DNA of 64,000 nucleotides from Fidelibacterota bacterium (GTDB lineage Bacteria; Fidelibacterota; Marinisomatia; Marinisomatales; UBA1611): NCBI GenBank assembly GCA_018658715.1, contig JABHUQ010000028.1, positions 5,663 to 69,662 of the forward strand, read 5' to 3'. Shown piece by piece: positions 1 to 8,837 of this stretch (position 1 is its first letter; each line of letters starts with the position of its first letter). The notes under the pieces were generated by a model. It saw only the letters and a program-made list of their open reading frames with translations, ran no database searches and was not told where the DNA came from. The position numbers and the translations under genes were made by a program.

Positions 1-166
1 GTCTGGGATGGCAGAATTCTTGGCTTATGGTACTGCAGTAAAACTTACTCATCCATATGAATCAAAACTGTAAAGTTTCATTAGAATTATTTGTATAAAA
101 TTATCCCAATATTATTGGAAGTCAAGAATACTACATCTATATTCCTACTGAAAGGAATGATATAAA

Positions 167-709
167 ATGATATTGCATTACGAATCAGACGATGAACAAC
201 AATGGCTGGATAGTATGGAAACGAGTGACCAACCAGAAATGGGAAAAGCTATTAAAATTCAAGACCCTATTTCCTCACTCAACTTAGGGGAACCACTCGT
301 TTTAGAGAAGGGAACATCTATCCGTACAGCTTTAAATAAAATGCAAAGTAAGTTAGAAAATTATATAATGGTTACATCTAATGGATCATTAATAGGCATT
401 TTAACCGAGAGAGATATTTTAATGAATATTACAGGGAAAGAATATGATTTAGAAATTTCCCTTATTGAAGAATTTATGACTCAAGATCCTGAAACATTAA
501 CCATGGAAGATCCATTAGCTTATGCATTAAATAAAATGCATGTGGGTGGATTTAGACATGTACCTATTGTGGATTACCAAAACACTCCCGTCGGTATTAT
601 TACATTATCAAAAATTATTTCAATTATTGCTGATTTTTTCAATCAAGACATAATCAATCTACCTCCATTAGATCGAATGATAGATACATCAAACCCTGAA
701 GGTGGTTAA
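167..709 (+). CDS. Standalone CBS-domain pair protein
   Basis: 180-aa ORF with two CBS-like repeats (GILTERDIL, VGIITLSKII) and no other recognisable domain. Confidence 0.7.
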   Translation: MILHYESDDEQQWLDSMETSDQPEMGKAIKIQDPISSLNLGEPLVLEKGTSIRTALNKMQSKLENYIMVTSNGSLIGILTERDILMNITGKEYDLEISLIEEFMTQDPETLTMEDPLAYALNKMHVGGFRHVPIVDYQNTPVGIITLSKIISIIADFFNQDIINLPPLDRMIDTSNPEGG

Positions 710-742
710 ACTAATTCACCGTTTTATTGTTGATTATACTTC

Positions 743-768
743 CATCAAAATGAATTAACATTTTGATG
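743..768. repeat. Perfect 10-bp inverted repeat (CATCAAAATG-AATTAA-CATTTTGATG) between the CBS gene and infA
   Basis: Read directly from the sequence. The stem is A/T-rich and is not followed by an immediate T-run. A second small palindrome, AATTTTG-ATA-CAAAATT, lies at 794..810. Confidence 0.5.
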
Positions 769-843
769 AATATATTCCGTATTTTTCCTTCCGAATTTTG
801 ATACAAAATTTGTTTTATTGTCTCAGATAAAACAATTAATAAA

Positions 844-1083
844 ATGGAGTCTATTTTGGCTAAAGAAAAACCAATTACGATTGATGGAGTTATTAAAGAA
901 GCTTTACCGAATTCAATGTTTCGAGTTGAAATTGAAATTGGCGAACAATCTCATGAAGTTTTAGCCTATGTATCTGGCAAAATGAAAAAGTTTTTCATTA
1001 AAATTTTACCAGGTGATACGGTAACCCTTGAAGTTTCTCCTTATGACTTATCTCGTGGTCGTATTGTTTATAGACACAAATAA
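844..1083 (+). CDS. infA: Translation initiation factor IF-1
   Basis: Near full-length match to the IF-1 consensus ([55 protein letters not shown]). A TTG at 856 preceded by GGAG (846..849, 6-nt spacer) would give the canonical MAKE N-terminus and may be the real start. Confidence 0.93.
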   Translation: MESILAKEKPITIDGVIKEALPNSMFRVEIEIGEQSHEVLAYVSGKMKKFFIKILPGDTVTLEVSPYDLSRGRIVYRHK

Positions 1084-1210
1084 TTATTTAAATTATAATC
1101 ATTAATAATATACTTAAAGTGTATTGTTTAACTAACAATATAATAAGGTATAGACGTCATTATAAAATTATTTATAAAACTAGTATCTCATTAAATTATG
1201 AGATACTTAA

Positions 1211-3325
1211 ATGACTAGCCGAACGAAATATCTCTATCTAGTTCTGATTGTCAGTATCGTATTTTCTAATTGTTCTTCAACCTATAGAAGAATTGAAAGT
1301 GAAGATGATTATAATTATGATGTAACCATATATCGAGATACCTGGGGTGTACCGCATATATTTGGTATTACAGATGCAGATGTTGCTTATGGGTTAGCTT
1401 GGGCTCATTCCGAAGATGATTTTAAAACTATTCAGGATATTTTACTTGCTGAGCGAGGAAAGTTAGCATCTGTTTATGGAAAAAGTGCAGCTGTAAATGA
1501 TTATTATGTGGCCTTTTCTTCTATTTGGGATCATGTAAATAACGGCTATTATCAAAAAGTTCCCCCTGATGTAAGGGCTATTTGTGAAGCTTATGCTAAT
1601 GGGGTTAATAAGTATGCTTCTATGCATCCAAACGAAGTCATATCAGATATATATCCTATTATGGGTAAGGATATAATTGCAGGTTTTCTTCATCGTACCC
1701 CGCTCATGTTTGGTATAGATAATACCATAAAAAACTTAATGAAAAAGAAAAACAACGATTTATCTTTATTGAATGATACAGAATTAGAAAATTTCCCATG
1801 GAATATAGATATGGTTGCGAGTAATGTGGTGGCGGTGAATCCTAATAGATCAGAAGATGGATTTACACGACTTATGATTAATACGCATCAACCATGGTCA
1901 GGCCCAACATCGTGGTATGAAGTGCATTTGCATAGTGAAGAAGGATGGAACATGGTGGGCGGCCTTTTTCCTGGTTCTCCGGTAGCGCTTATTGGGCATA
2001 ATGAAAATTTAGGATGGTCTCATACAGTAAATAGTCCTGATTTAATTGATGTTTATGCATTAGATATTAATCCTGAGAATGACAATGAATATTATTTTGA
2101 TGGGGAATGGAAACCACTCATTAAAACAATTGTACCTATAAAAGTAAAAATTTGGGGTCCTATTTCTTGGACTTTTAAACGCGATTTATATCATTCTGTC
2201 CATGGACCTGTTATTAAAGCCGAGCAAGGTTCGTTTGCTCTAAAATGGGCAAAAATGGATGAATTAAATATATTAACAGAATGGTATAGGATGAATAAAG
2301 CAACCAACCTTGATGAATTCAAAACCGCCATGTCTTCTTGTTCAATTCCAATGTTTAATACAGGATATGCAGATAAAAGTGGAAATATATTTTATGTATA
2401 TAATGGAGCAATACCCGATCGTAAAGTTACCTATGATTGGGAATCGATTCTTCCCGGGAATACGAGTCAAAACTTATGGACAGATTATTTATTATTTAAT
2501 GATTTACCACAAACAACAAACCCACCAAATGGATATTTTCAAAATGGGAATAGCAGCCCTTTTTTAGCAACGGGAGAGTTGACGGATGTTTCATCAAATA
2601 TAACGGTAGCTTCTGGTGTCGAAACCTATCAAACTAACAGAGCTCTTCGAATGTTAGAAACATTTGGTACTGATTCGTCCATTTCAAAAAAGGAATTTTA
2701 TCAATATAAATTTGATTTAACCTATTCAGAAAAATCACTGATTTCTGAAGTAAGAGATAGATTCGTAAATGATTATTTAAAAAAGAATTCACAAAATCTT
2801 GATGGCATTAATATCATTAAAAATTGGAATTTGAAAGTAGATGCCAATAATACAAATGCCGCACTTGCAATTATGACATTTAAGCTAAGATTTAATAAAG
2901 ATAGATATAAATACAATTATGATAAAATTCTAAAAAGAATGAATATGTCTATTGAGCGATTAATGACACATTATGGAAAGTTAAATGTTCCACTTGGCGA
3001 TGTGCAAAGATTAGAACGGGGAAATATTTCATACCCATTGAGTGGTGGTCCTGATATTGTTCGAGCTATATACTCTAAATGGGAAAAAAACAAATTGATT
3101 GCATTTTCGGGCGATTGCTATTTTCAAATGGTAGAATGGGATAGGGAAGGGAACGTAAGCGCAGAAAGTATCACTTCATTCGGAACTGCAACGCAAGATA
3201 GTTTTTCCAAACATTATAATGATCAATCGCTATTATTCTCCAAAGAAGAAATGAAACCAGTCTGGATGGAATTAGATGACATTCTTAAAAATCTTAAAAA
3301 ATCTTATAAGCCTGGTATCAATTAA
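1211..3325 (+). CDS. Penicillin-acylase family Ntn hydrolase (possible AHL/beta-lactam acylase), lipoprotein-like
   Basis: 704 aa with a lipobox-like signal (IVFSNC). Family hallmarks are DTWGVPHI, an internal processing context MVA|SNVVAV, and HNENLGWSHT. Confidence 0.8.
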   Translation: MTSRTKYLYLVLIVSIVFSNCSSTYRRIESEDDYNYDVTIYRDTWGVPHIFGITDADVAYGLAWAHSEDDFKTIQDILLAERGKLASVYGKSAAVNDYYVAFSSIWDHVNNGYYQKVPPDVRAICEAYANGVNKYASMHPNEVISDIYPIMGKDIIAGFLHRTPLMFGIDNTIKNLMKKKNNDLSLLNDTELENFPWNIDMVASNVVAVNPNRSEDGFTRLMINTHQPWSGPTSWYEVHLHSEEGWNMVGGLFPGSPVALIGHNENLGWSHTVNSPDLIDVYALDINPENDNEYYFDGEWKPLIKTIVPIKVKIWGPISWTFKRDLYHSVHGPVIKAEQGSFALKWAKMDELNILTEWYRMNKATNLDEFKTAMSSCSIPMFNTGYADKSGNIFYVYNGAIPDRKVTYDWESILPGNTSQNLWTDYLLFNDLPQTTNPPNGYFQNGNSSPFLATGELTDVSSNITVASGVETYQTNRALRMLETFGTDSSISKKEFYQYKFDLTYSEKSLISEVRDRFVNDYLKKNSQNLDGINIIKNWNLKVDANNTNAALAIMTFKLRFNKDRYKYNYDKILKRMNMSIERLMTHYGKLNVPLGDVQRLERGNISYPLSGGPDIVRAIYSKWEKNKLIAFSGDCYFQMVEWDREGNVSAESITSFGTATQDSFSKHYNDQSLLFSKEEMKPVWMELDDILKNLKKSYKPGIN

Positions 3326-3391
3326 TATATCTAATTTATAAGATTTTTCTATTTTAGCCTACTGGGAATACTTCAAAATTAATATGTAGTT

Positions 3392-4105
3392 TTGCTCGTG
3401 ACGATTCATCTAAATCAATATAATAAAATAGTCTTTTTTACGGGAGCCGGTATGTCGGCTGAATCTGGTGTCCCAACTTACCGTGGTCGTGGAGGGATAT
3501 GGCATGAATATAAATGGGAAAATTATGCCTGTCAGACCGCTTTTATTCGAAACCCAGCCCATGTTATAGATTTTCATGAATTACGGCGTATAGAAGCTTT
3601 AAAGTGCGAACCACACGTAGGACATAAAATTATAACGGCACTACAAACAAAATATTCTAATACATCCATTGTCACTCAAAATATTGATGGTATGCACCAA
3701 CGTGCTGGCTCACAGGAAGTGATAGAATTACACGGTAGCCTTTGGCGAATGAGATGTGATAAAGAAGGAAAATTGTTTGAAAATTTAAGTCAAGGGAAGT
3801 ATGCGAATAGAAAATGTTCCTGTGGAGAATTCTTAAGGCCAGATATTATTTGGTTTGAAGATCAATTAAATGAATCAACAGTTGTAAATGCAACCCATGT
3901 GATTTCTCAATGTGATTTATTTATTTCCATTGGTACGTCTGGGGTTGTGTGGCCAGCGGCAGGGTTTCAACAATTAGCTAAAAAGGGTGGAGCTCATTGC
4001 ATTGAAATCAATCCTGAAAAGACGGAATTATCCTATTTATTCGATGATGTACATCGTGAACCTGCGGGACAGGTTCTATCTAGATTATTTGACTCTCTCT
4101 TATAG
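3392..4105 (+). CDS. cobB: NAD-dependent protein deacylase, Sir2 family
   Basis: Motifs GAGMSAESGVPTYRG, TQNIDGMHQRAG and HGSLW, plus Cys pairs for the zinc ribbon. The track start is a TTG, so the exact start is uncertain. Confidence 0.88.
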   Translation: MLVTIHLNQYNKIVFFTGAGMSAESGVPTYRGRGGIWHEYKWENYACQTAFIRNPAHVIDFHELRRIEALKCEPHVGHKIITALQTKYSNTSIVTQNIDGMHQRAGSQEVIELHGSLWRMRCDKEGKLFENLSQGKYANRKCSCGEFLRPDIIWFEDQLNESTVVNATHVISQCDLFISIGTSGVVWPAAGFQQLAKKGGAHCIEINPEKTELSYLFDDVHREPAGQVLSRLFDSLL

Positions 4106-4660
4106 AGTAACTGGACTAAGAGTATCTGCTACAGCAGGTTTAGGAGGTACTTCTCCCCAAAATGTAGCATTTGTGTTCAATAAATATTGCACATTTACAT
4201 TGGTACGATATACTTCAGGTTTATCCCCTATTCGAATGAAATTGCGGCTATAATCTTTTCCTTGTCCAATGACGAATTCACCTAGACTAATATCATTTTC
4301 ATCCATTAAAGTGAACCATTTTCCTGTTGAATCACCCACATTGAAAATGTTCCATTTTTCCGGATTTTTAGATATCAAAATTTCTTTTTCTAATGTTACA
4401 ACTTTATCAAAGAAATTGTTGATTTGATGATTTTTCATAATCAATGTATCGACATCTGAAATAGACCAAGTTGAATCAGATTTGACCAATGTTATAGATT
4501 GATCCTTCTCTTTAATGATAATTTTAGATATAGCATCTGCATCACCTGTATAAATTCGGTCAGATGATATTTCAAATTTGGTTTGACTCTTTTGATTCAC
4601 AAGGAATAACACTGCTAAAACAGCTAAAATTCCTAAACTATATTGTAATGTTTTAGTCAT
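4100..4660 (-). CDS. Hypothetical exported protein, DUF4340-like by position downstream of gldG
   Basis: 186 aa with an N-terminal hydrophobic segment. Its start overlaps the end of the gldG-type gene. The family call rests mainly on synteny. Confidence 0.4.
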   Translation of the reverse strand: MTKTLQYSLGILAVLAVLFLVNQKSQTKFEISSDRIYTGDADAISKIIIKEKDQSITLVKSDSTWSISDVDTLIMKNHQINNFFDKVVTLEKEILISKNPEKWNIFNVGDSTGKWFTLMDENDISLGEFVIGQGKDYSRNFIRIGDKPEVYRTNVNVQYLLNTNATFWGEVPPKPAVADTLSPVTL

Positions 4661-6167
4661 ATATCTGCCTCAATATGTCTGCCCTATTTTTTTCTCTTTT
4701 CATGTTAAATAATCCCACTCCAATTACGAGAAGAGAAGGAAGTAAAATATTAATCCATTTCCAACGAATCCGTGTATTGTCATCTAATTCTTCCAATGGG
4801 CGATTTGTAATTTCACGCGAACGTAATGCAATTAATCCTTGGTCTCCAGCTAAATAATCAATAGCATTTAGAATAAATATACCATTTTCGCCACTTCCGC
4901 CGCCACCTTCATCTGTCAGGAATCTTGAGTCGGACACAAGCATTAATTCTCCACCGGATGCAAGCTTAGATGTTGCGGCAACTATAATTTTATTTTGATT
5001 CAACATTTGGATTTGTGGATTTACTTTAGGATCAGGATGAATTTGAAAAGGTGCTTCCATTATTCCTGATCTCTTGGATGTGGTGAATAATACATTTACA
5101 CTATCCACCAAATCTGAAATAGTTGTATCAATTGTAATTTCACTGGGGAAAACTACTTGTAGCGCTTCTAAACCTGAAACGACCGATTCCTTCTCATTGA
5201 AATTTTGAATAATAGGGAGGAAGGGATATTCCATAGGAACATTCATTCTAAACATTCCCATTTGTTGCTGTACACTTACACGACCAGCTCGTTTGTCCAT
5301 AGCCAAGTTCTTTTCAACTATTAGTCTGTATTTGTGTAAAAAATTGAAAATATTAGATTCAATGATAGAAGCTTGTTGTGTTTGAATATCAGTTAAGACA
5401 CCATTTTGAGCAACAAAAATGCCTTTTCCTGTACCTAGAAAAGAATCAAACTGTGCCAATACATTTTCATCAACAGAATCAACAGTTCCATTAACAAGTA
5501 AAGCTGAGATATTTTCGGGTATGGGTTGACTCATATCTATATCTTTTATTGAATAATGACGTCCCAATTGGAGTTTTAAATTATCATTCACCACTTCTGA
5601 ATTACCTAATGATATGATTCCAATAGATAATTTTTCTGTTGCCACTAAATTTTTGATTTTAGTGGTTAATTCATATTCTAAGCCAGTGGTCGATTGTATA
5701 ACAGGTAATGTTTCTTTTTTATCTTCATAAAGTAATACCATCCCCATATAAACACGTTTTATTTCAAGTTTATCATTTTCGACAACTTGCATTTGAACGG
5801 GTTGGATTCCATCCTTACGGGCTTGTTCTTCAAGATTCTCATTTGATTCTGGATCATGAAATACAAAACGAATGTTACCATCTGAAACAGCCGAATATTC
5901 TTCTAAAATATCTTGAAGATAACGTCGAGTATTTCCGAGTTCATTGGGTAAATTATTTGAAAAATATACTTTCATGGTTAATAAATCATCTACATTTTTA
6001 ACAACATTTATACTTGAAGATGATAATGAAAATATTTCATTTTCTGTTAAATCAATTCTGTGAAATATATTCCGTGATAATAGATTTAATAATGTTAATC
6101 CAGCTATTAGAATAACTGTATATGTCAGGAATGATTTTTTAGTTTTTGCTAACATGATTAACCCCAT
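4653..6167 (-). CDS. gldG: GldG-type ABC-transporter auxiliary protein
   Basis: 504 aa with N- and C-terminal TM segments flanking a large extracytoplasmic domain. It is translationally coupled to the ABC-2 permease upstream. Confidence 0.7.
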   Translation of the reverse strand: MGLIMLAKTKKSFLTYTVILIAGLTLLNLLSRNIFHRIDLTENEIFSLSSSSINVVKNVDDLLTMKVYFSNNLPNELGNTRRYLQDILEEYSAVSDGNIRFVFHDPESNENLEEQARKDGIQPVQMQVVENDKLEIKRVYMGMVLLYEDKKETLPVIQSTTGLEYELTTKIKNLVATEKLSIGIISLGNSEVVNDNLKLQLGRHYSIKDIDMSQPIPENISALLVNGTVDSVDENVLAQFDSFLGTGKGIFVAQNGVLTDIQTQQASIIESNIFNFLHKYRLIVEKNLAMDKRAGRVSVQQQMGMFRMNVPMEYPFLPIIQNFNEKESVVSGLEALQVVFPSEITIDTTISDLVDSVNVLFTTSKRSGIMEAPFQIHPDPKVNPQIQMLNQNKIIVAATSKLASGGELMLVSDSRFLTDEGGGGSGENGIFILNAIDYLAGDQGLIALRSREITNRPLEELDDNTRIRWKWINILLPSLLVIGVGLFNMKREKNRADILRQIYD

Positions 6168-6871
6168 TTCCTAGATTCTACAATGCGCGTTGTTAAAAAA
6201 AGAAAAAATCCAATAACTGATCCAAAGTAAACCAAGTTTCGAGTATCAATGACACCACGACTAATATTAGATAAATGAAAATCAACACTTAAATATTGAA
6301 CAAAGCCTGCAAATGCATCTGGCACAAAGATAAGTGTTTTATCTAAAAGAAAGAAAATGAGCACAATGAATACGCCAATAATAAAAGCGACAACACTATT
6401 TTCTGTTAAACTGCTAGAAAATATACCTACAGCAGAATAAACACCGCCAAGTAATATGAGCCCAAAATAGCCACTCAAAACAGCACCATGATCCACATTA
6501 GTTCCTACAAATGCAAGTGTAATATAATGAATGACAGTAACCATTAATCCAATGATGATTAATGAATATCCAGCTAAAAACTTTCCTAAGACTACATCCC
6601 TATCTTGAATAGGAAGGGTAGAAATCGTTTCTATTGTGCCCACGCTTTTTTCCTTTGCAATTAAACTCATTGTTACTGCTGGAATAAAAAACAAATATAC
6701 CAATGGAACGATACTAAATAATGCTCTCATATCTGATTGATTGTATAGGAAAAATGTATTCGTGAAAAAATAGCCAGTTACAAGAGCAAAAATCACAAGG
6801 AAAATATAGGCCATTGGGCTATTGAAAAAGGACTTCAACTCTTTTTTAAAGATAACAAGTGTGTTATGCAT
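6158..6871 (-). CDS. gldF: ABC-2 family permease (GldF-like)
   Basis: 237-aa polytopic membrane protein whose ends overlap both the ATPase and the GldG genes. Confidence 0.7.
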   Translation of the reverse strand: MHNTLVIFKKELKSFFNSPMAYIFLVIFALVTGYFFTNTFFLYNQSDMRALFSIVPLVYLFFIPAVTMSLIAKEKSVGTIETISTLPIQDRDVVLGKFLAGYSLIIIGLMVTVIHYITLAFVGTNVDHGAVLSGYFGLILLGGVYSAVGIFSSSLTENSVVAFIIGVFIVLIFFLLDKTLIFVPDAFAGFVQYLSVDFHLSNISRGVIDTRNLVYFGSVIGFFLFLTTRIVESRKWG

Positions 6872-7811
6872 TTCCTTGATCTCCTTTTTGAGTTAGACTC
6901 CTAAATACATCTTCAAGATTTGTTTTCGATTGACTCATTTCTAAAATTGACCATTGACTTTTTACTGCATAATCAAAGATATCTTTTCGTGGGTCAGATG
7001 TATACTCATATTCGAGTGTTACCAGTGAACTGTTATCATTTGAATTGATAGAATGGATGGAAACAGAAGGTATGAATGCTTTCATTTCTTGAATCCCATC
7101 TTCGGTTGCACCCGTTAATTCTAATTTTAATTGGGCTAAACCTTGTGCACTTGCAATAAGTTCATCACTAGATCCTTCTGCCACGAGTTCACCATTATTT
7201 ATAATGATAATTTTATCTACTGTCGCTTGAATTTCCTGTAAAATATGGCTGGACATAATAACTAGTTTTTCTTTTCCTAATTGTTTAATTAATTGGCGTA
7301 TTTCAACTATTTGATTGGGATCAAGTCCAGTCACGGGCTCGTCCAAAATTAATATTTCAGGATCATGAATCATAGCAGCCGCAAGGCCAATACGCTGTTT
7401 ATATCCTTTAGAACAATCACCTACATTTCGATGAATAACTCCACTCAGTCCACAATCATGGACCACACGTTCAAGAGCTGTCTTGAAATGTTTATCATTC
7501 ATTCCGCGTACTGAAGCATGAAACTTGAGTAAATCAAATACTTTCATATCAACATACAGTGGATTCAATTCAGGTAAATAACCGATTTTTTTTTGAATTT
7601 CATGCTCATGATCGAAAATATTCAAATTATCTACATACACGTTTCCAGACGTAGGACTTAAAAATCCTGTCATAACTTTTAAGGTTGTACTTTTACCAGC
7701 CCCATTGGCGCCAAGGAATCCAACAATTTCACCGTCGTTTACTTCAAAACTCAGTGATTTTACAGCCTCCACAGGTCCATAGGATTTAGATAGGTTTTCT
7801 ACTTTTATCAA
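6864..7811 (-). CDS. gldA: ABC transporter ATP-binding protein (GldA-like)
   Basis: Walker A GANGAGKST, Walker B ILILDEP and H-loop SSHIL. The TTG start is preceded by GGAGGA. Confidence 0.85.
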   Translation of the reverse strand: MIKVENLSKSYGPVEAVKSLSFEVNDGEIVGFLGANGAGKSTTLKVMTGFLSPTSGNVYVDNLNIFDHEHEIQKKIGYLPELNPLYVDMKVFDLLKFHASVRGMNDKHFKTALERVVHDCGLSGVIHRNVGDCSKGYKQRIGLAAAMIHDPEILILDEPVTGLDPNQIVEIRQLIKQLGKEKLVIMSSHILQEIQATVDKIIIINNGELVAEGSSDELIASAQGLAQLKLELTGATEDGIQEMKAFIPSVSIHSINSNDNSSLVTLEYEYTSDPRKDIFDYAVKSQWSILEMSQSKTNLEDVFRSLTQKGDQGNA

Positions 7812-8088
7812 CGATTTCCTCCGATAGAATTAAATGAGTATAATGCTTTATTTGTATAATTGTTCCCAATTATTGGGTGGGGAAAATATATAATTTATGA
7901 TCAAAATCAAATACAGAATTATACTTGATAGATTCAAAATATTAGTATCAGTTTAGAGTTAAGAAGAAGTTATGTGGATTTATTACTTGATAGTGGTATC
8001 GCATAACTATTAGATTTATGTTACCTAAATAAAATGTTCTGGCCAATTAAGGTTTGGACTATTTAGATAACAAAAAGAGAGGATTATC

Positions 8089-8325
8089 ATGAACAAAATT
8101 ATGAAATTGCTAATTACATTTGTTATAGCGCTTTCCATGATTTCTATTCTTCCTGCTGAAACAACTGTAGCAAAAACAGATGCAAAAGCAGAAGTAGCTA
8201 CCCAAATTGATGTTGCTGATTATGCTGTAATTGCAATGGAAGATAGCAAAAAGAAGAAGAAAAAGAAGATCAAAAAGAAGAAATGGAAATGGGGAAAGAA
8301 AAAGAAAAAAGGTTCAAGTGACTGA
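8089..8325 (+). CDS. Small protein with hydrophobic N-terminus, acidic spacer and poly-lysine tail (paralogue 1)
   Basis: 78-aa ORF with an RBS (AGAGAGGA) upstream and a terminator at 8350..8374. It is homologous in protein and DNA to 8499..8735. The tail reads KKKKKKKIKKKKWKWGKKKKKGSSD. Confidence 0.65.
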   Translation: MNKIMKLLITFVIALSMISILPAETTVAKTDAKAEVATQIDVADYAVIAMEDSKKKKKKKIKKKKWKWGKKKKKGSSD

Positions 8326-8349
8326 TTTTTAAATTCTCACACATAAAAA

Positions 8350-8374
8350 GGGCATATTTATGCCCTTTTTTTTT
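8350..8374 (+). terminator. Rho-independent terminator after poly-K gene 1
   Basis: Stem GGGCAT / ATGCCC with a 4-nt loop, followed by a run of 9 T. Confidence 0.75.
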
Positions 8375-8400
8375 ATTATAATTAGCCAAAGTAATATTTC

Positions 8401-8430
8401 TTGACAACCATCTACTATTACCAATAATAT
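8401..8430 (+). promoter_or_regulatory. Sigma70-like promoter for poly-K gene 2
   Basis: TTGACA (8401..8406), a 17-nt spacer, then ATAATA/TAATAT (8424..8430). It lies about 70 nt upstream of the ATG at 8499. Confidence 0.45.
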
Positions 8431-8498
8431 TGTATCGACTAGTCATTCAATTTTGGCTATTCATGGTTAACCAAAACAAATAAAACAAAGGAATCATA

Positions 8499-8735
8499 AT
8501 GACACGTTTATTTAAAATGTTTATTACATTTGTCATGGCTTTTTCTATGCTTTCTGCTATTCCAACAAATACAACTGTTAGTAATACGAATGTAAAAGCT
8601 GAAATTGCTAACCAGGTAGATTCTGCAGATGATGCAGTAATTGCAATGGAAGATAGCAAAAAGAAGAAAAAGAAGAAAAAGAAGAAGAAAAAGTTTAAAT
8701 GGGGAAAGAAAAAGAAAAAAGCTTCAGGCGACTAA
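8499..8735 (+). CDS. Small protein with hydrophobic N-terminus, acidic spacer and poly-lysine tail (paralogue 2)
   Basis: 78-aa ORF with RBS AAAGGA and its own promoter-like element and terminator. The tail reads KKKKKKKKKKKKFKWGKKKKKASGD. Confidence 0.65.
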   Translation: MTRLFKMFITFVMAFSMLSAIPTNTTVSNTNVKAEIANQVDSADDAVIAMEDSKKKKKKKKKKKKFKWGKKKKKASGD

Positions 8736-8756
8736 TTTCTTCTTATGACTTATGAA

Positions 8757-8784
8757 AGGGCGTAACACTGTTACGCCCTTTTTT
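8757..8784 (+). terminator. Rho-independent terminator after poly-K gene 2
   Basis: 9-bp stem GGGCGTAAC / GTTACGCCC with loop ACT, followed by 7 T. Confidence 0.8.
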
Positions 8785-8837
8785 TGATAAATAATTTACT
8801 TATGATTAAAACGTTTTTCTAAAATAGGGGGTTCAGT

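Noticed and set aside
2-73. Open frame running in from the left window edge (..GMAEFLAYGTAVKLTHPYESKL, TAA stop at 71..73).
   Set aside because: It is probably the 3' end of a gene, but 23 residues are too few to support any call.
2310-2567. Many short six-frame ORFs nested in or antisense to large genes. Examples are 2310..2567, 3987..4253, 5708..6001, 13181..13453, 17240..17608, 26788..27270, 41319..41543 and 62739..63128.
   Set aside because: Each lies entirely within a gene with strong family motifs in another frame or on the other strand. Their compositions are typical of off-frame translation of A/T-rich DNA.
8245-8312. The AAG/AAA purine tracts (also at 8657..8722) as a microsatellite or non-coding simple repeat.
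   Set aside because: The tracts are in frame within two conserved equal-length ORFs that have RBS, promoter and terminator signals. They are interrupted at the same positions by W/F-K-W-G codons, which argues for coding sequence.
8447-8659. 70-aa minus-strand ORF overlapping poly-K gene 2, and the similar ORFs at 8819..9106 and 9176..9451.
   Set aside because: They are antisense shadows of better-supported plus-strand genes. They have no RBS, and their low-complexity sequence is dictated by the opposite strand.
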